A stretch of DNA of 63,828 nucleotides, the filler included, from Choristocarpus tenellus KU-1152 (Eukaryota; Protista; Phaeophyceae): NCBI GenBank assembly GCA_964200185.2. It is 10 parts of 10 records of this genome, joined end to end, with 100 filler letters (N's around TTAATTAATTAA, not from the genome) between each part and the next. Parts side by side here need not be neighbours in the genome. Positions count along the whole stretch, not along the records: positions 47,179 to 50,472 come from CAXNAD020020975.1; positions 50,573 to 55,246 come from CAXNAD020013517.1; positions 55,347 to 58,012 come from CAXNAD020025822.1; positions 58,113 to 61,198 come from CAXNAD020022420.1; positions 61,299 to 63,828 come from CAXNAD020027025.1; 5 more parts are not named here. The stretch is one strand, 5' to 3'. A program made the position numbers and the translations under genes. This document shows positions 50,165 through 63,767 of the stretch, piece by piece. A model generated the notes under the pieces. That model was not told the origin of the DNA. It worked only from the letters and a program-made list of their open reading frames with translations, and ran no database searches. Within the stretch, counting starts at the first letter, position 1. Every line of letters begins with the position of its first letter.

Positions 50165-50472
50165 TTTTTATTTTATTATTATGCCCCTCTGACATTTTGC
50201 GGATGTGTCAGGGGGAAAACCAATGAAAACTATAAATATGTCATTATTAGTCCTAAAGAAATAAAATATCATAAATGTGAAAACACAACTATAAAACACT
50301 GTAAGTGTGAAAACTACCACTAATAGATCATTTACTTCACCACTATCAATACTGTACTACTGTCTTCCTGTGCTTCCTATCTACCTACTCCTGCGCCCCG
50401 GGGAGGGGAGCTAGGGAGGCATCCCAAGAATCCAACAAACCCCTCCACGCTCATCTCCCCGGTGACTCTAGT
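50165..50472 (-). mobile_element. 3' UTR and tail of the CRE-like LINE family, running into the contig break
   Basis: Matches 596-865 (TGCCCCTCTGACATTTTG...TGTCTTCCTGTGC...GCTAGGGAGGCATCCCAAGAATC). Confidence 0.8.
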
Positions 50473-51349
50473 NNNNNNNNNNNNNNNNNNNNNNNNNNNN
50501 NNNNNNNNNNNNNNNNTTAATTAATTAANNNNNNNNNNNNNNNNNNNNNNNNNNNNNNNNNNNNNNNNNNNNCCCACACACACACACACACACCAGAGTG
50601 TCCATCAATAGAGGGGGTGCGGATGACGAGACTCGGAATCACCACGCACTAGACACAATACCCAGACCCCTTCGAGGTTCAAATCACCCCCCAGAACATT
50701 TCCAACGCTCATTTCCAAACCAGGGGAGTGAACCATGCCCAATGTGAACTCTGTCGAAAAAAGGTACACGGAACATGAGCATGACACTACCGCCAAGAAG
50801 CTTCACGGTGTTGGTCCAGAAGGTGTCCAACCTTGCCGTTATACAAGTCCAGGGACTGTTCAGCACTCCACACAATGCTACAGAATAGCAGGCGATGCAC
50901 ATTTTGCCTGACACACTCATTTTCAACAAAAAAAAACAAAAAAATGTCCTGCGAGTTGGACTCGCGAGCTCGTGTGCCCACAAATAACCCGGGTGTGCGC
51001 CACCCTCTCACCCCCACGCCAACAAGGCCTTCGTGGCACCTTGATGGGGATACAGATGGTTCTCCTCGCTTGTCATACGTTCGCTTGTCCCCCTAACCCT
51101 TTCAACACATTGATCGAGGCAAGATCTGACCGTTGATGCATGCCGTTGGTAGGCGAGATGGAGTCCCAACTTCAACGACTGCTTTACTTGAAGCAGGGCA
51201 TGAAGAGATCACAAAATGTTGCGATTGGTAGAACACCTTCATCAAGCATACGCTCTCAAAAATAGATTCGTGTGTCTATAGAGGTGCACACGTTCCCGTC
51301 CTCCAAAAAAACAACGCACACGTATGTGTTCCTCAACAAAGTTGCTTAC

Positions 51350-53472
51350 CTCTCTGCCCGAAGGGCTTTCTCAACAAACCCCACAGCCATTTTGTATTGG
51401 TTGGCCTTGTACAGTGTTCGAAACACCACTCCCGGCAGGCTGATCCCCACATTATTCACTAGCTCACCCCCCCGACCCCGAAATACCACCTTCTCCAGCT
51501 GCCCCCCCCCCCCCCCCCCCCTTTCCTTCGCCCGCAGCACCCCCGTGCCNNNNNNNNNNAATTAACTCCTTCTCCTGTTGCCCCCCCTCCCCCTCCCCAG
51601 TGTCATTCGCCCGGTCAGCCTCGTAATCATTGTAGATATCCACGACATCCTTCCAAGCCCTCAGTCCCTGTCACGCAATTTCAACATATATAGAGTTAGA
51701 GTTGGGGAGGTGGTGTCTGAGGGAAGGTCCTTCAAGGTTTGCTGGGGGAAGGGGGTGAATACTAGAATCTGGGTGTGTATGATGTGATGGGGGGTTATTA
51801 CATTGTGGATATTGTGCAGAGTCAATAAACCCAGACAGCAATGCTCTACTGTATTGAGGGAGTCAGAACAAAGTTGATGTCTGTGAGGGTGGGGGTAGGG
51901 TCAACAGGAGAACAAGCACAAATTTTCTCCCGAGGAAAACAGCATACTGTATCAAGCAGGTATTTGTACCATAAAATATAGGTCTTACTTTTTCTAACCA
52001 TTGGTAATGTCAGTTGAATGCCTTGACCTACCTCACATGCACGGCAAGCATAGGAGTATGCCATAATACGCTCACGATGTGAGGCATTCTCCCTGTGCAT
52101 GCAACCCGAGGCCTGCATCTTCCGAAACAGATTCAACACTTTTCTGTTGCTCTGTTTGGTCAGCAGCATGTTTAGCAGTTTCACATGGGTGCCCAGATGC
52201 ACGTATGCATTGCTGCCGGGCATATTTACATCCTCTAGCACCTGCACAAGCATCAATACTTGCATCATTCTATGTTTTATGCATGGCATCAAAATCGTTC
52301 TTGTGTAGTATATTCAGAACATGATAGGGCAAGGGCGTGAGTGTGCACACAAACATGTATGCAGCTCAACAAGTCAAATCAACAGTATTATCCACGCAGG
52401 AACGAGGGAAGCATTCACAGGGTGCAGGGTTTGGGTGGGGTGTGCTGTGGGGAAGAGGATTATTGACACCTGATGGGGCAAGGCAGTCACCTGTGGTTTG
52501 GGAAAAGGGTAGGACTTTATGTTTACTACTCACCTCCACAGCAATATCGACCTGGCCAGCCTTAGTGAGGGCGGTGACTAGTGACATGTATGAGTTAGTG
52601 TCTGGAGTCAATCCTTTTTGCCTTAGCTCTCTCCACAACTCAACAGCCTCGGGCCATCGACCTGATGAAGGGTGCCCGCGAATCCGGATCATGGGACGGC
52701 ATCAACCAGTAGGCAAGATAAGAAGCGAGAGGATCGATTATGCGAGGGAAGGGACAGCGACAGGACTGCGTTGGGAAGACGACGTCATGCTTGTGATCAA
52801 GTGTAGGCGATCGGTTCGCCAGAAGGGCATTGCTACAGGTGTTCAAAAACCCTATCAACAAGGCCCAGGAGTGCAGATATTACGTGCGAGCATCGAAAAT
52901 CTTTGCTGAGCAACATCTATGATGCGTTATTCACAACAGTACAAGCATTCAATGTCATTTCTCGTTCGTCTTCGCCCTGTCAAGTAGATTAAACAGAGGC
53001 AGCTTCGTATTGGGCAGCAACTTTGCAGATTCCACCCTCGGCCATTACAGTACACACTACAGGACAAATATGCTGAGAAGATAGAATGGCAGTATATCTT
53101 GAGTAGAACTAAAATTTCCATTTATCGATGCAAAAGCGAAGTACTTCATCTGACCCGAGTCCCTAGGTCTTTTTGTCTTGCACCTTGACGGTCGAGGCGC
53201 CGAAGCTGGAGGTTGAAGGAGTTGAGCATCGACGAGTCTACTACTGTATTTTCTTCCATACGACATTTTGACCTCTCCCTCGCTCGTACTCTCCCACCCA
53301 GTCGCAGGCTTGGAGGAGTAGTCCATGGCCTCCCTCCAGTTACGACATTTTGCGCAGCAACTGTTGGGGATTGTGGTTCCACAGTACCACCTCCTCCAGT
53401 AAGAACACGAGACACGCTCAACTTTACGGGAGCTTGAAAAGCCGCCATCTCTGGACACGGATCCGCTTTCAT
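51350..53472 (-). CDS. Pentatricopeptide-repeat (PPR) protein, partial. Exons (start uncertain)-53184, 52661-52534, 52241-52032, 51667-51350 (spans the 10-N gap); continues 3'
   Basis: Spliced SFNLQLRRLDRQG|RWPEAVELWRELRQKGLTPDTNSYMSLVTALTKAGQVDIAVE|VLED and AYSYACRACE|GLRAWKDVVDIY are PPR motifs. The frame across the gap and G-runs is unreliable. Confidence 0.8.
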
Positions 53473-54612
53473 GATCCAGGGTAATGTTTGAGTGTCAGCA
53501 TGAGGCAGGGTAGTATGCAACATACACTGGACGATGGACGGTGGTTGACATACAACATTAACCAAATATTGAGAACGAATGACATGGAAAATAATTCAAT
53601 AAAAGGGGGAAGTTTAATATTTATGTACAAAGATCAAACAACATCCAAAAAGGGTTTCATTAATAATCTACGTGTTTGCTCAGTATCTATCTGATAAATT
53701 ATATTTAACATCAAAATGAAGGTTTAATTGATGAAGGGTAGGAGGGCCCCAAAACTGTACGTGGAATACGATCATCACGAAAATCGTGGACTTTGGTGAC
53801 GTTGAACATTCCATGATTCTGAGGGATTCCTCTTCACTCGTTCAGTACCAACAAAGAAATACGCAAATCCGACCTAGCGTCTTATGTGACTATTGGATTT
53901 ATGTTTGGGATACAATTGTAAAGTTCGCCGACTTCAGAATTGTCAGCCTCCCTCGATTTGGTGTTAGGAGGGGTTTAGACGATAACGGTTTCTGAACGGA
54001 ACATTGGCCAGACATTTAACAGGAAAGGTTGTTTAATCCTGCTTATATACCCCAATCAATTCAAAGCAAGAAAGTGAACAATCAAAGTGATGAAGTATAT
54101 TTTACCACATTTTCATCATAGAGACTTCTACGAGCCTGGTCATCCACATACAGCCTTGTGGATTGGAGCTACATATCCTATCGTGGTAACCCTGCAGAGA
54201 GTTTTGTAACACTTACCCACTCTCGAGACCCTTAAACTGCAACTTTACCTACCTCTCCATTGGTTTGACCTAAATGCCGCTTGATAGTGAAGTGCAAAAG
54301 TAGTGCACGAGGTTGGCTTGTGCCAGTAATGGAGACAATGTCTGCAACAAGGTCGCCAACACCCTTAGCACAAGTTTATTACTGACAGTTTTAATACAAC
54401 ACATATGTGCACTCAATGTCCCGCTGCAGAGGTGGTTCAAATACATTATCATACATGAGAGGACTGAGGATTTGTATGTTCTATGTGAAGATCATGTATA
54501 AAGCCCATGTTACGGTAAGGGTTTTTAAGCAGATGTGTATATGCCGCATACACATTCCTTCAAAAAATAGTATCGGTACGGAGTACAATAATAGGCACAT
54601 AAGCGCACCATT

Positions 54613-55200
54613 ATGAGAGCTCTTCTGGCTTTCGTAGTTCTAACCCCCAACACCTTCACAGTGGAAAGTTTAGGGCACCTCGGAAAGCAAGCGGAACGTT
54701 TCCTGGATGACCTAGCTACACATGTGGTAGGAGGAAGAGGGGGAACTGGAGGCCACACCAGAAATGGACCCATCAAATCCCTCCAACGCCAGATAGTCTT
54801 AGTCACAACACAAATAGACCTATATCTAGACGGGTCATACGTTCCAAGCTGGAGTCACCAGGGAGATGGGCAAGGAGGGGTTTGTTAGATCCTTGGGATG
54901 CTTCCCTAGCTCCTCACCCCGGAGTGGAGGGATAGGTTTGAGACATGGGAAGACTGTAGTACAACATAGTAAAATAGGCAAGTATCCATGTGATTTTCAA
55001 CAACAGTACAACAACCACATACACCACATAACTAGTTGTGTTTACAACACTACTATTGCATCACCATCTCTCTTCTGGTTGTAAGATATGGCTCTTCAAT
55101 AGTAGAACGTTGTGTAGACAGACATTTGTTGTAAATAGTAGTGTCTACTCTTCTGCACTTTATCTGTGTTACCTCCAGCGCGCCCCAGAAGCTTACCTCC
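54613..55200 (+). mobile_element. CRE-like LINE 3' remnant
   Basis: NTFTVESLGHLGKQAERFLDDLATHVVGGRG, then the family 3' UTR (GGGATGCTTCCCTAGC). Confidence 0.75.
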
Positions 55201-55685
55201 ACAGGATGTATAGCTCCAATCTACAGGCCTATAGATGATACTGAAGNNNNNNNNNNNNNNNNNNNNNNNNNNNNNNNNNNNNNNNNNNNNTTAATTAATT
55301 AANNNNNNNNNNNNNNNNNNNNNNNNNNNNNNNNNNNNNNNNNNNNGGGGGGGGGGGGGGTGCCGCCCCATCGTGTGCTACGTAGGGAACCCCTGCGTTG
55401 GATTACCCCCCCCCCCCCCCCTCTCTCGCTCTCTCTCTCCGTAGGTGCACCAATCAACCCTTGGTGCACCCAACCCCTATGCTCTTGCTTTTTTCGGGGC
55501 CTTGTCTGGGTAAGTCATACGTAGACACAGCTTGTTCGATTGCCATGTGGCCACTTTGCTGTTGTTGTTGTTTACGAAGTGTTCCGCTCACTAACTTTTT
55601 TTTTTTTCCGGACACACCGCAATAAAAATAAAATGTGTATTTAAAAAAAAAAAACTATGTAACCATGGTAACGATGGTGATGCAG

Positions 55686-57580
55686 TGCTCCGGAAGTGCT
55701 TCGAGGGGAGGAGTTTGGTGCGGCGGCGGACATATGGAGTCTGGGCGCGCTCATGTTCATTCTGCTGAGTGGGGTGCATCCATTTGACCTGACAGGGGAT
55801 GCGTCTGATGATGATGTACGTGCTAGGGTTCTTGCTGGGGACCTCTCACCTGGTTCTTCTCTGTGGGAGGGGATGTCTTCTGAAGCCAAGGTGTGTGTGT
55901 GTGTGTAGATGTCTTGTGTTTTGTGTTGTTTTGCATAATAATATATATAAGAGTAAATCTCTGATTTAGTGGGGGAAGTTTGAGCCTTTTGGGGGGCTAT
56001 TTTTGTATTGGTGTTAATGGCGTTGATGGTGTAGAAGGTGTAGAAGTGCTTGCACTGTACTGGCACGGATTTTCACTCTGGAAGGATACATATATATATA
56101 TATATGTATTTACTTTGATTTTGGAGTACATTGTAAGTGACTTTAGTGTGACAGGGTGATAGAAAGGCTGGTCTGAGATTGTAGATATGGATGAGGTTTT
56201 ATATATTTAGCAGAGGCTTTCTTGACACTGGTAGTGGTGTCATGGTGGTTGAGGAGTCAGTCCTGTGTAACAACAGTATAGATGCAGGCATGGCGATTGA
56301 CTCAAGTATGCACTACTAATCTAAAACTTTCTTTTTCTTTGATACAGATATGTTGTAAACTCTCAGGTTGTCCAAACAATTTCAGAGATTTTTTTTTCTA
56401 TTTTTTTTTTGTCTGTTGATAGGCTAGTCTTACAGTATACTGGTGTTGATTTAATATTAATTGGGTTGTGGTGATAGCATCGATTATGACACCTGGAATT
56501 AGTATCTCAGTTAGGGACAACTGGTTATATATCCAGGCTAGTCTTACAGTATACTGGTGTTGATTTAATATTGGTTGGGTTGTGGTGATAGCATCGATTA
56601 CGACACCTGGAATTAGTATCTCAGTTAGGGACAACTGACAGGCCAGGTGTGTTGTGAGTGGCCTGACCCCCTGATTGACTTCCCCCCCCTCCCCATACAT
56701 GAGGAGGTGCAGGCAGAACCAAGTATTTGCCTTGATGAAGAGTGTGCTGCAAGAGGGGAGTTGTGTTGTGGGTTACTTCATCCTTGTTCCTGAATTCTGG
56801 GAAGTTATGCGATTGTTTTAGATGTATAGGAGAGGGTATTGTTGGATGCTTTGGTTGTCTTTTTCGGTGAGGGACTACCAAGTGTGCATATTTGTAATTA
56901 AGAGTTTGATTGGAGGTGGGATGGTTTTTGCATTGTTGTTTTGGGTTGTATCTTGTTTGAGGTATGAGATGTGTCCTCTGGTTTAGTCAGGACAGGTATA
57001 AGTGTCCTACCTAGTACAACGTGCCTTGAACCAAAATGAAACTTTATGTATAGCTGGAAAATACATAGACTTCACTACAGCATTGGATTAGTGCACCCAA
57101 TAAACTTCATCTAAGTACAACAATAAATATATACATATATTTATTATTTATTATTTATTAGGATCATTTGAAACACCCGTTTATTTCATTTTTTCTGTTT
57201 GAAAATCTGTTGGTTGACGAATGCGCCGTAGAGTGCCTCAGTCAATATTAATCAAACTCAGACAATAAAACTCTATTAGTTGTAGGAGTGATGGCGAATT
57301 GGCAAGCGTACCCCAGCGATCAAACGGCGAATGCTCCCCCTCCTCACCCACCCCCCACCCCCAACCCTGACCCCTGCCTTCCCTTCACACCCTTGAAAAT
57401 GTTATTGTTGGTCAGGACCTTATTAAGAGCCTCCTCCACCCGGACCAGAACAAGCGCCCCACAGCTATTGAAGTGCTATCACACCCATGGTTCTCTGGTG
57501 GTTCCCACCTGAGTCAAACACCTCTGACTTGCGCGGGGCTGAACTTGAGGCGGTTCCATGAAGGGCGCATGAGGCTCAAG
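55686..57580 (+). CDS. Ca2+/calmodulin-dependent-type Ser/Thr kinase, two internal exons (55686-55890, 57416-57580)
   Basis: APEVL...ADIWSLG...LLSGVHPF (subdomains VIII-IX) and DLIKSLLHPDQNKRPTAIEVLSHPW (XI), then LRRFHEGRMRLK resembling the autoinhibitory helix. Confidence 0.9.
56421..56637. repeat. Intronic tandem duplication, period 114 bp
   Basis: AGGCTAGTCTTACAGTATACTGGTG...GTTAGGGACAACTG starts at 56421 and again at 56535, nearly identical. Confidence 0.9.
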
Positions 57581-58112
57581 GTACTGGCTCCTACTTTTAT
57601 CCCCTCTGTTGTTTCCTCTCTTTTTTTTTATGCAATGTTCTGGTGAGATTTGAGTCAGAGGCTTGGGAGGCAATTGTGATTGTGCGCTGATTAGGAGCTT
57701 AGGTCAGAGCAACTCGAGGGGAGTACCTGGTGGATTGAAATCTGTTTTGTTCTGATATATATATATATATATATTATTTATTTATTTATTTTTTATTGAA
57801 TGGGAAGGTGTTGGGTGTTGGTAAGGTTAGTCACTTGTGGTTTAAGGGTGTCTATTCCGAGGTGGTGAGGGTTTTTGTTCTGAAAAAGAGTAGCACATTG
57901 TGTTAGGTAGACTTGTCGTGGGTTGGAGTTCAAACAAAGGTCATTCTGATCTTACACGCATACGGACTTGGATAGACATGTGTGCGTGCTCCTTGGAGGT
58001 CATGCTCCCCCCNNNNNNNNNNNNNNNNNNNNNNNNNNNNNNNNNNNNNNNNNNNNTTAATTAATTAANNNNNNNNNNNNNNNNNNNNNNNNNNNNNNNN
58101 NNNNNNNNNNNN

Positions 58113-58135
58113 CCCCCTCCCAGATACTTTGGGTC
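58113..58135 (+). mobile_element. Right TIR of the MITE family at a contig start
   Basis: CCCCCTCCCAGATACTTTGGGTC. Confidence 0.7.
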
Positions 58136-58198
58136 ACTACTATTATAATAGGGAAGAATTGCCACTCTCCCTAAAGCTGTCGAAGAATATTGCTCCTT

Positions 58199-60900
58199 CT
58201 AACCCAGTACCTGGTCTTCCTCCAATTTGATGCTCTTGTCCTCACGAGCAATGCGACTCCTTCGTTGCCTTTGATGACAGGTCTTGAACATATTTCGGGA
58301 GATAGGAGGGGTGCAGCCTACCCAAGGCAAACTATCGCCTTGTACAATGGCTTCCATCACAGCCTTGTATCTTTTCCTCAAAACTGTGTCCGGGTGAGCA
58401 TGACTGGTACTGCTTAGCGCAGCACTCGTAGGTGTAATGGTAAGAGGACTGTTCTCCGCTTCAGTCTGTACTTCGCAAAGTGCTCTGATGCCTTGATCAT
58501 CTTTCCTCACAGTATCCATTGCCTTTGCCTTTGCCTTCACTTTTCCTGGTATTTTTTTACCTGGGCACTCCACATCATGGGGTTTCACCTTACATGCATT
58601 CCTTTGCCTGCAAGGTAGGTTCTGATTAACCTTCCCCTTCACAATCAAGCTTTGTTCAGGATCTAGGTCTGATATTTGGCAAGGTGGCAAGCGCTCTGTT
58701 GGGTATTTGTCATCCAACGTTGCAATGAGAACCTGCAAATATTCCAAGGAAAATTCTGAAGAGTAAGTCCTTGGTATGGTGTATATGCACAAGGAGGGGT
58801 AGCTCAGGATGATGGTGGGAGCAGCAAAGGAAAACTGTAGAGAGGAGGGTGTGGAACATTGAAGGTTCGCCATCAACTGAGTCAAACCACCTAAGCGAAA
58901 TCCAGAGGTCCGAAAACCTTGTGTGTGTGAATATTGCCTCCTGTCCTTACAACCTGTCCCTTGCAGCAAAATATCACTCATGAAGTTTATAAATCCCCAT
59001 ACGCACTTTAAAAATTATATCAACTACCAACCTTTCTTCGGCACGACATCAACTGAGTCGAGAAAGCTGGGGTCTCAACTACATCACAGCTACGTCCTCT
59101 GAAGCCCTCCAATCGCTTCCATTCTCCCTCACCCCGCAAAAAACGGAACAAGCGCTGTTTCTGTTCGTTTCCGGAGCAGCAGCTGGTTAGTGCAGTGAAG
59201 AAGCCCTGAAGGGTGAGCATTCCTCCCGTGCATGAAGCCAAGGACTCCACCTGCCGCTGTATCTGTATTACTCCGGTGTAGATGTATGGAAGAGGCAGAC
59301 CCCAGCCGCAATATATATCAGGTCTCTTAGGTATTGCAGTGGTTGGTATTGCAGTATATAGAGTATGCGGAATTTTAACCAGCATAGACATGTAGCTGCA
59401 GTTCCTTTTTGTTTCACCCCAAGGGGTACTTTTTACAAGAAAGTACTGACCTCTCCATGTATCAGAGTACTCTGGACAGGGTTCTTGCTTAGGCACAATG
59501 CCCGATGTCTTTAGCATGTCAAAGGGACCTATCATTTTGGATAGTGTATTTGATTGCCTAAATTCTCTTGCAGTGAGGATATTTTCAGGAAAATGTGTTA
59601 GAAGAAGTGCTTTACCAGATTTGTCTCCGACTAGATCAGACAGCGTTTCCCATTCAAATTTTCCAATGATGCATCTCAGTTGTGGAAAGAAGGTGAGAAA
59701 TATTCTTTCTTAGATGCCCAAAGGCACTTCACTCATCAAATACAAGTAGCAAGCAATATCGTCATGAACAAGCATGTCTGAAGGGGCAATGAGCAAAGAG
59801 TAAGAACAAATCCATTCTCCAAAGTACTTATTGTCCATTCAATACGAGGAGATCCGAAAGTGCTCCAATGTCGTACCTTCTTGACATCGGTGTTGAGTCC
59901 AAGTGTGATAATGGGATCAATAACTTTCTTACTCTCCACAGCGCCAGCTTCCCCAGCTAATTCCTCAAACCAACTCCGTAGAACCCTGCCTGTGGGGCCG
60001 CTCCCAGTCCTACAAGGCAAATATTGTGTGCAGTACATATGAAAAATGCAAATTCTTTTAAGCATCCACTGTGCATCATCCTCCAAATCTTGTGTATCTC
60101 ACCTTCGAATCTATTGTTGCACATTGCCACCGTTTTCTCTATCCCTTACTCATTCTGAACTTGCTCTATAGTTATAATCAGCAAGGAACTACTCCAGAGA
60201 ATATCTTTTCTTGTGTCATACAACCACTCCACCTATCTCCGACTTATCCCAAACTGGATCTCCATTTGAACGTAGCAAAAAAGAAAATCTGGTATGGCTC
60301 AATGCATCGCTTTCAGTGTTCCCTTATCCCGTCGTCAAGATACTTCACATATGGTTCAACTCTCCAACCTCTCCATGTGAATATGTTCTTGGCTGGATCA
60401 ATCTTGCGTCACCAGGTCTTCACTCACCATTCCAGTCGATGTTTATCTTACTACACCGAACCATCTCCCCCTTCTACTGGCTTATCTTGTTGCCCCCACA
60501 GAAAACAAAAACTTAAATCGTGGGTTTTTTTTTTACGAGTTCCTCTTTTTCTGCTCGATAGGAGAAGGTTTGGATCGCAATGGACTGACCACAAGTAATA
60601 ACCAGTTTGTCAGAAAATTGCTTGACGAGGGGCATAGAACAATTCCAACAACGGCATGGAACATACAGAGACTACCTATTCTTGCCTTTTTCCTCCCCGG
60701 CCAGCCCATTTGCGAGTATCACGCAACCGTTGTTCTTCTCGTAAACGATTCAGACGCTGACGACACCTCCTCCTGTTAGAGATTGAGGTTTGCGTCACTT
60801 TAAGGGTAATAGTACGTGGTGGCTGATATGGAAGATTACACAGTGACGGGCGATGCTTGTGGACGAGTGCAATATTTTGAGAGAGACGAAAAAAAGTACA
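58199..60900 (-). pseudogene. Heavily decayed intronless ORF, probable KDZ (Kyakuja-Dileera-Zisupton) transposase
   Basis: Across frameshifts and in the expected order: Cys-containing segment, YLDDG, TLYTAIPT...PKRPDIY, CLFHT, FMHGRN..CSPF, TSCCSGNEQK. These resemble the KDZ YDxAC, FHxxxH and NTSxxEQxN motifs. Confidence 0.5.
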
Positions 60901-61748
60901 ATGCCTTTGAGGCTTTGGAGAAGATGAAACCCCTCCCTTGTATAGTTTTGATGGTGGAGAGAGCACTCCTCACCCACTAGATATGCTGAAAATATTGTTT
61001 TGCAAGTATTGCACAGAGAGGTTAGAGCACCACACACGGGGGGGGCGACATGTGTCCACTTCCACGTCGTGATGCTATTGACTATCTATGTATCTGTATC
61101 AAAATGTCAATAATGCAGTGACCCCTGGGCGGTAGCTTTCCCACCTTGCTAGTTGAAGCTGTTTCCACTCTAGGGCTGTCGTCTGGTTGTGTTCGCCCNN
61201 NNNNNNNNNNNNNNNNNNNNNNNNNNNNNNNNNNNNNNNNNNTTAATTAATTAANNNNNNNNNNNNNNNNNNNNNNNNNNNNNNNNNNNNNNNNNNNNAA
61301 CCCTAAAATTGTAGACAAGGGGAAAACAAAAGGTTTACACCCCATCCCTCAACATCTGCTTCCAGGGCTTGAAACTCCTCCCCCCCCCCCCTCCCCCCCC
61401 ACTCACAACAAAATAATCTCAACAGCAACAAAGTAAAGGATAAGTTAGGGAAGGGGGGTGCAGGGCAAGGAGAGCACGTGTGCAGGTACTTGACCTTGAG
61501 GGGAGGATATTTTGTGCACAGAAAACCCTAACCCTAACCCTAGCCCCTCGAAACCCCCCAGAAGGTCCTCAAATGACACCAGTGATGATTCCACTGGCAC
61601 CCCATATAGTCAAGTCGTTCTACTGCAAGGCAGTAACCCTGACCGCACATCCCATGTCCTACGACATCAGAGGGGTATGATTTGCGTCGATATGTCTCAG
61701 AGATCAAGAACAATGAGGGGGGGACAGAATGTCTACACAACTACTCAC

Positions 61749-61995
61749 TTGCAGGGAGTCCTGAACAATGTTGTTCCTTCTCACATGCAGCACAAGGTAG
61801 GGACTCACCGACAGGAACCCTCCGGTAAGACCCCTGGACAAAAGGGCTTCCTAAAATGATGGAGGCGTGCAAGATGCGCGAGAATTAGTTTAGAGGGTGG
61901 TGGACAGTGGTGGCGGCAAGTGAGGAGGTGGATGCATTTTAAGAACAAAACAGTCACTCACGAAAAACAAAAAAAAAGAGCTGTGTTTCAGTTAC

Positions 61996-62026
<31 letters not shown>

Positions 62027-63495
62027 TGTATGTATGTATGCACGTAATCTGTGACAGACATAGACAACAATGTTTATACTTCATACTCAAGGCCAAAGAG
62101 TTTATGTCTAGAATTAAAGAGTACAAAATGACGCGCACCTAAACCGGTAAATACATTACCTCTTTAAAACAAAAAAACTGTTCCTATGCCAAAGATTAGA
62201 GAAAATAACCATTAACGGCGTTATGCACGCACACAAAAATAAACAAATATTTGAAAGAATAAATAGGGGATTTCATCAAACTAAACAGGCGGTAAGATCG
62301 ACCAAAAAAGTTACAAACAGCACCTACCATTAATAGTCAGTTCAATATATATATATATTTGAGTCAACACCAAATCCCCACAAAAACAAAAACAAACGAG
62401 CTTGTAGTACATCGTATGAACAAAAAAAGCGATTGATATATATAATATATTTTATTTATTTTAGCACAACCGTTGCCAAATAAATAAATCATTGCATCAA
62501 AAAGTACCTCCTGTTTTTCAGCAACGCAACCAGTAACCAGTAAACAGACGCCTTTTCAAAACACAACCAACCGGGTTCTCCCCACAAAACATTACCAACC
62601 ATTTTTTTGAAATCTCAAACTACTGAGCTTTTATTTTTTTTGTAGAGAGCGAAGTGCAGCAGTTTTGTTAAAAACAAAAATGGGAATTACAAAAACAAAA
62701 CAAAACAAAACACACACGTACATACATATATATATATACATATATTTGAAAATTTGAAAAAATTCTGTACTCCCACACAGGAACACCAGGAGTTTCGATA
62801 AACCAATGAACCGGAAAAGAAATTTTTTGCTGAGACTCTCACCTACCTTTAAAAAAAAGAAGAGGGTTTAAAACGGATTCGGGGGCCTTTGTACGAGAAA
62901 TTAGGCGTTTATCATGCCTACGACCGTGTTTCAAACACAAAAAATAAATATGTCCAGTATCATCGCACTCTACTGATGGTATTCAACAGCAAACAAGGGG
63001 GAAAAAAACGTGAATTAAATAAAAAAAGGGTCAAAGTACCTGGGGCGGGAGGGGGGGGAGTTAACGTCCATATGGGAAAAAGAACAGTTCCATTTTCATT
63101 GTTCTAATCATTACAATCTATTTTTGAAAAGTGGTAGAGCCGATCAGCTAATAATCTTAGTATAAATAAATGCCAGCATTTTAGCCTTTTGTATGTACTA
63201 AGATAATAGATAACAATCAAGTCAAAAGCTGGAAATATTTCACTGCAGTTAACTCATTTTACACCCATTTAGACAGCAATACAAAAGCACATTCCCAAAT
63301 AAAGAAATAAACAAACAATAGACACGATAAAGATCTTTTTGGCAAAAAAATTGACCATAAATTAAAGAGTACTACGTTTATTAACAGCAGCATTCATTAT
63401 TAAACCAAAGCCTACAAACATTTAAACCACCATTGTTCTACCATAAGAAATAAAGGGTAGTGGAAACCCCATATTTACTCTCACTTAAAAAATAA

Positions 63496-63527
<32 letters not shown>

Positions 63528-63684
63528 TTCCCCTTGCCTGAATCTCGCTGTTGACCCTGATCCTCATTTGCCGCTCACTATCAATAGAGAGCACAAGCGC
63601 CTTGCTCGCCGGCTCCAGCACCTCCTGAAAAGAGATGAGAGACGTGGGCTCAGCGTGTGGTGCCCCCCCAAATTGTGAGGCGTT
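61749..63684 (-). CDS. HECT E3 ubiquitin ligase (UBE3A/small-HERC-like), two internal exons (63684-63538, 61850-61749)
   Basis: SFQEVLEPASKALVLSIDSERQM...|EALL...SPYLVLHVRRNNIVQDSLQ matches the pre-HECT segment and HECT entry motif PYLxLxVRRxxLVxDSL. The join needs a GC donor (CAG|GCAAGG). Confidence 0.8.
61996..62040. repeat. (TATG)n microsatellite in the HECT intron
   Basis: About 11 tandem TATG units. Confidence 0.95.
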
Positions 63685-63731
63685 CTGCAAGAGGGTCAAA
63701 AGTCGGGCAGGTGGCATCAGAGTGGAAGGGT

Positions 63732-63767
<36 letters not shown>

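Noticed and set aside
51550-51600. In-frame stop in the PPR exon suggesting a pseudogene
   Set aside because: It abuts a 10-N gap and G/C homopolymers, so assembly error is more likely.
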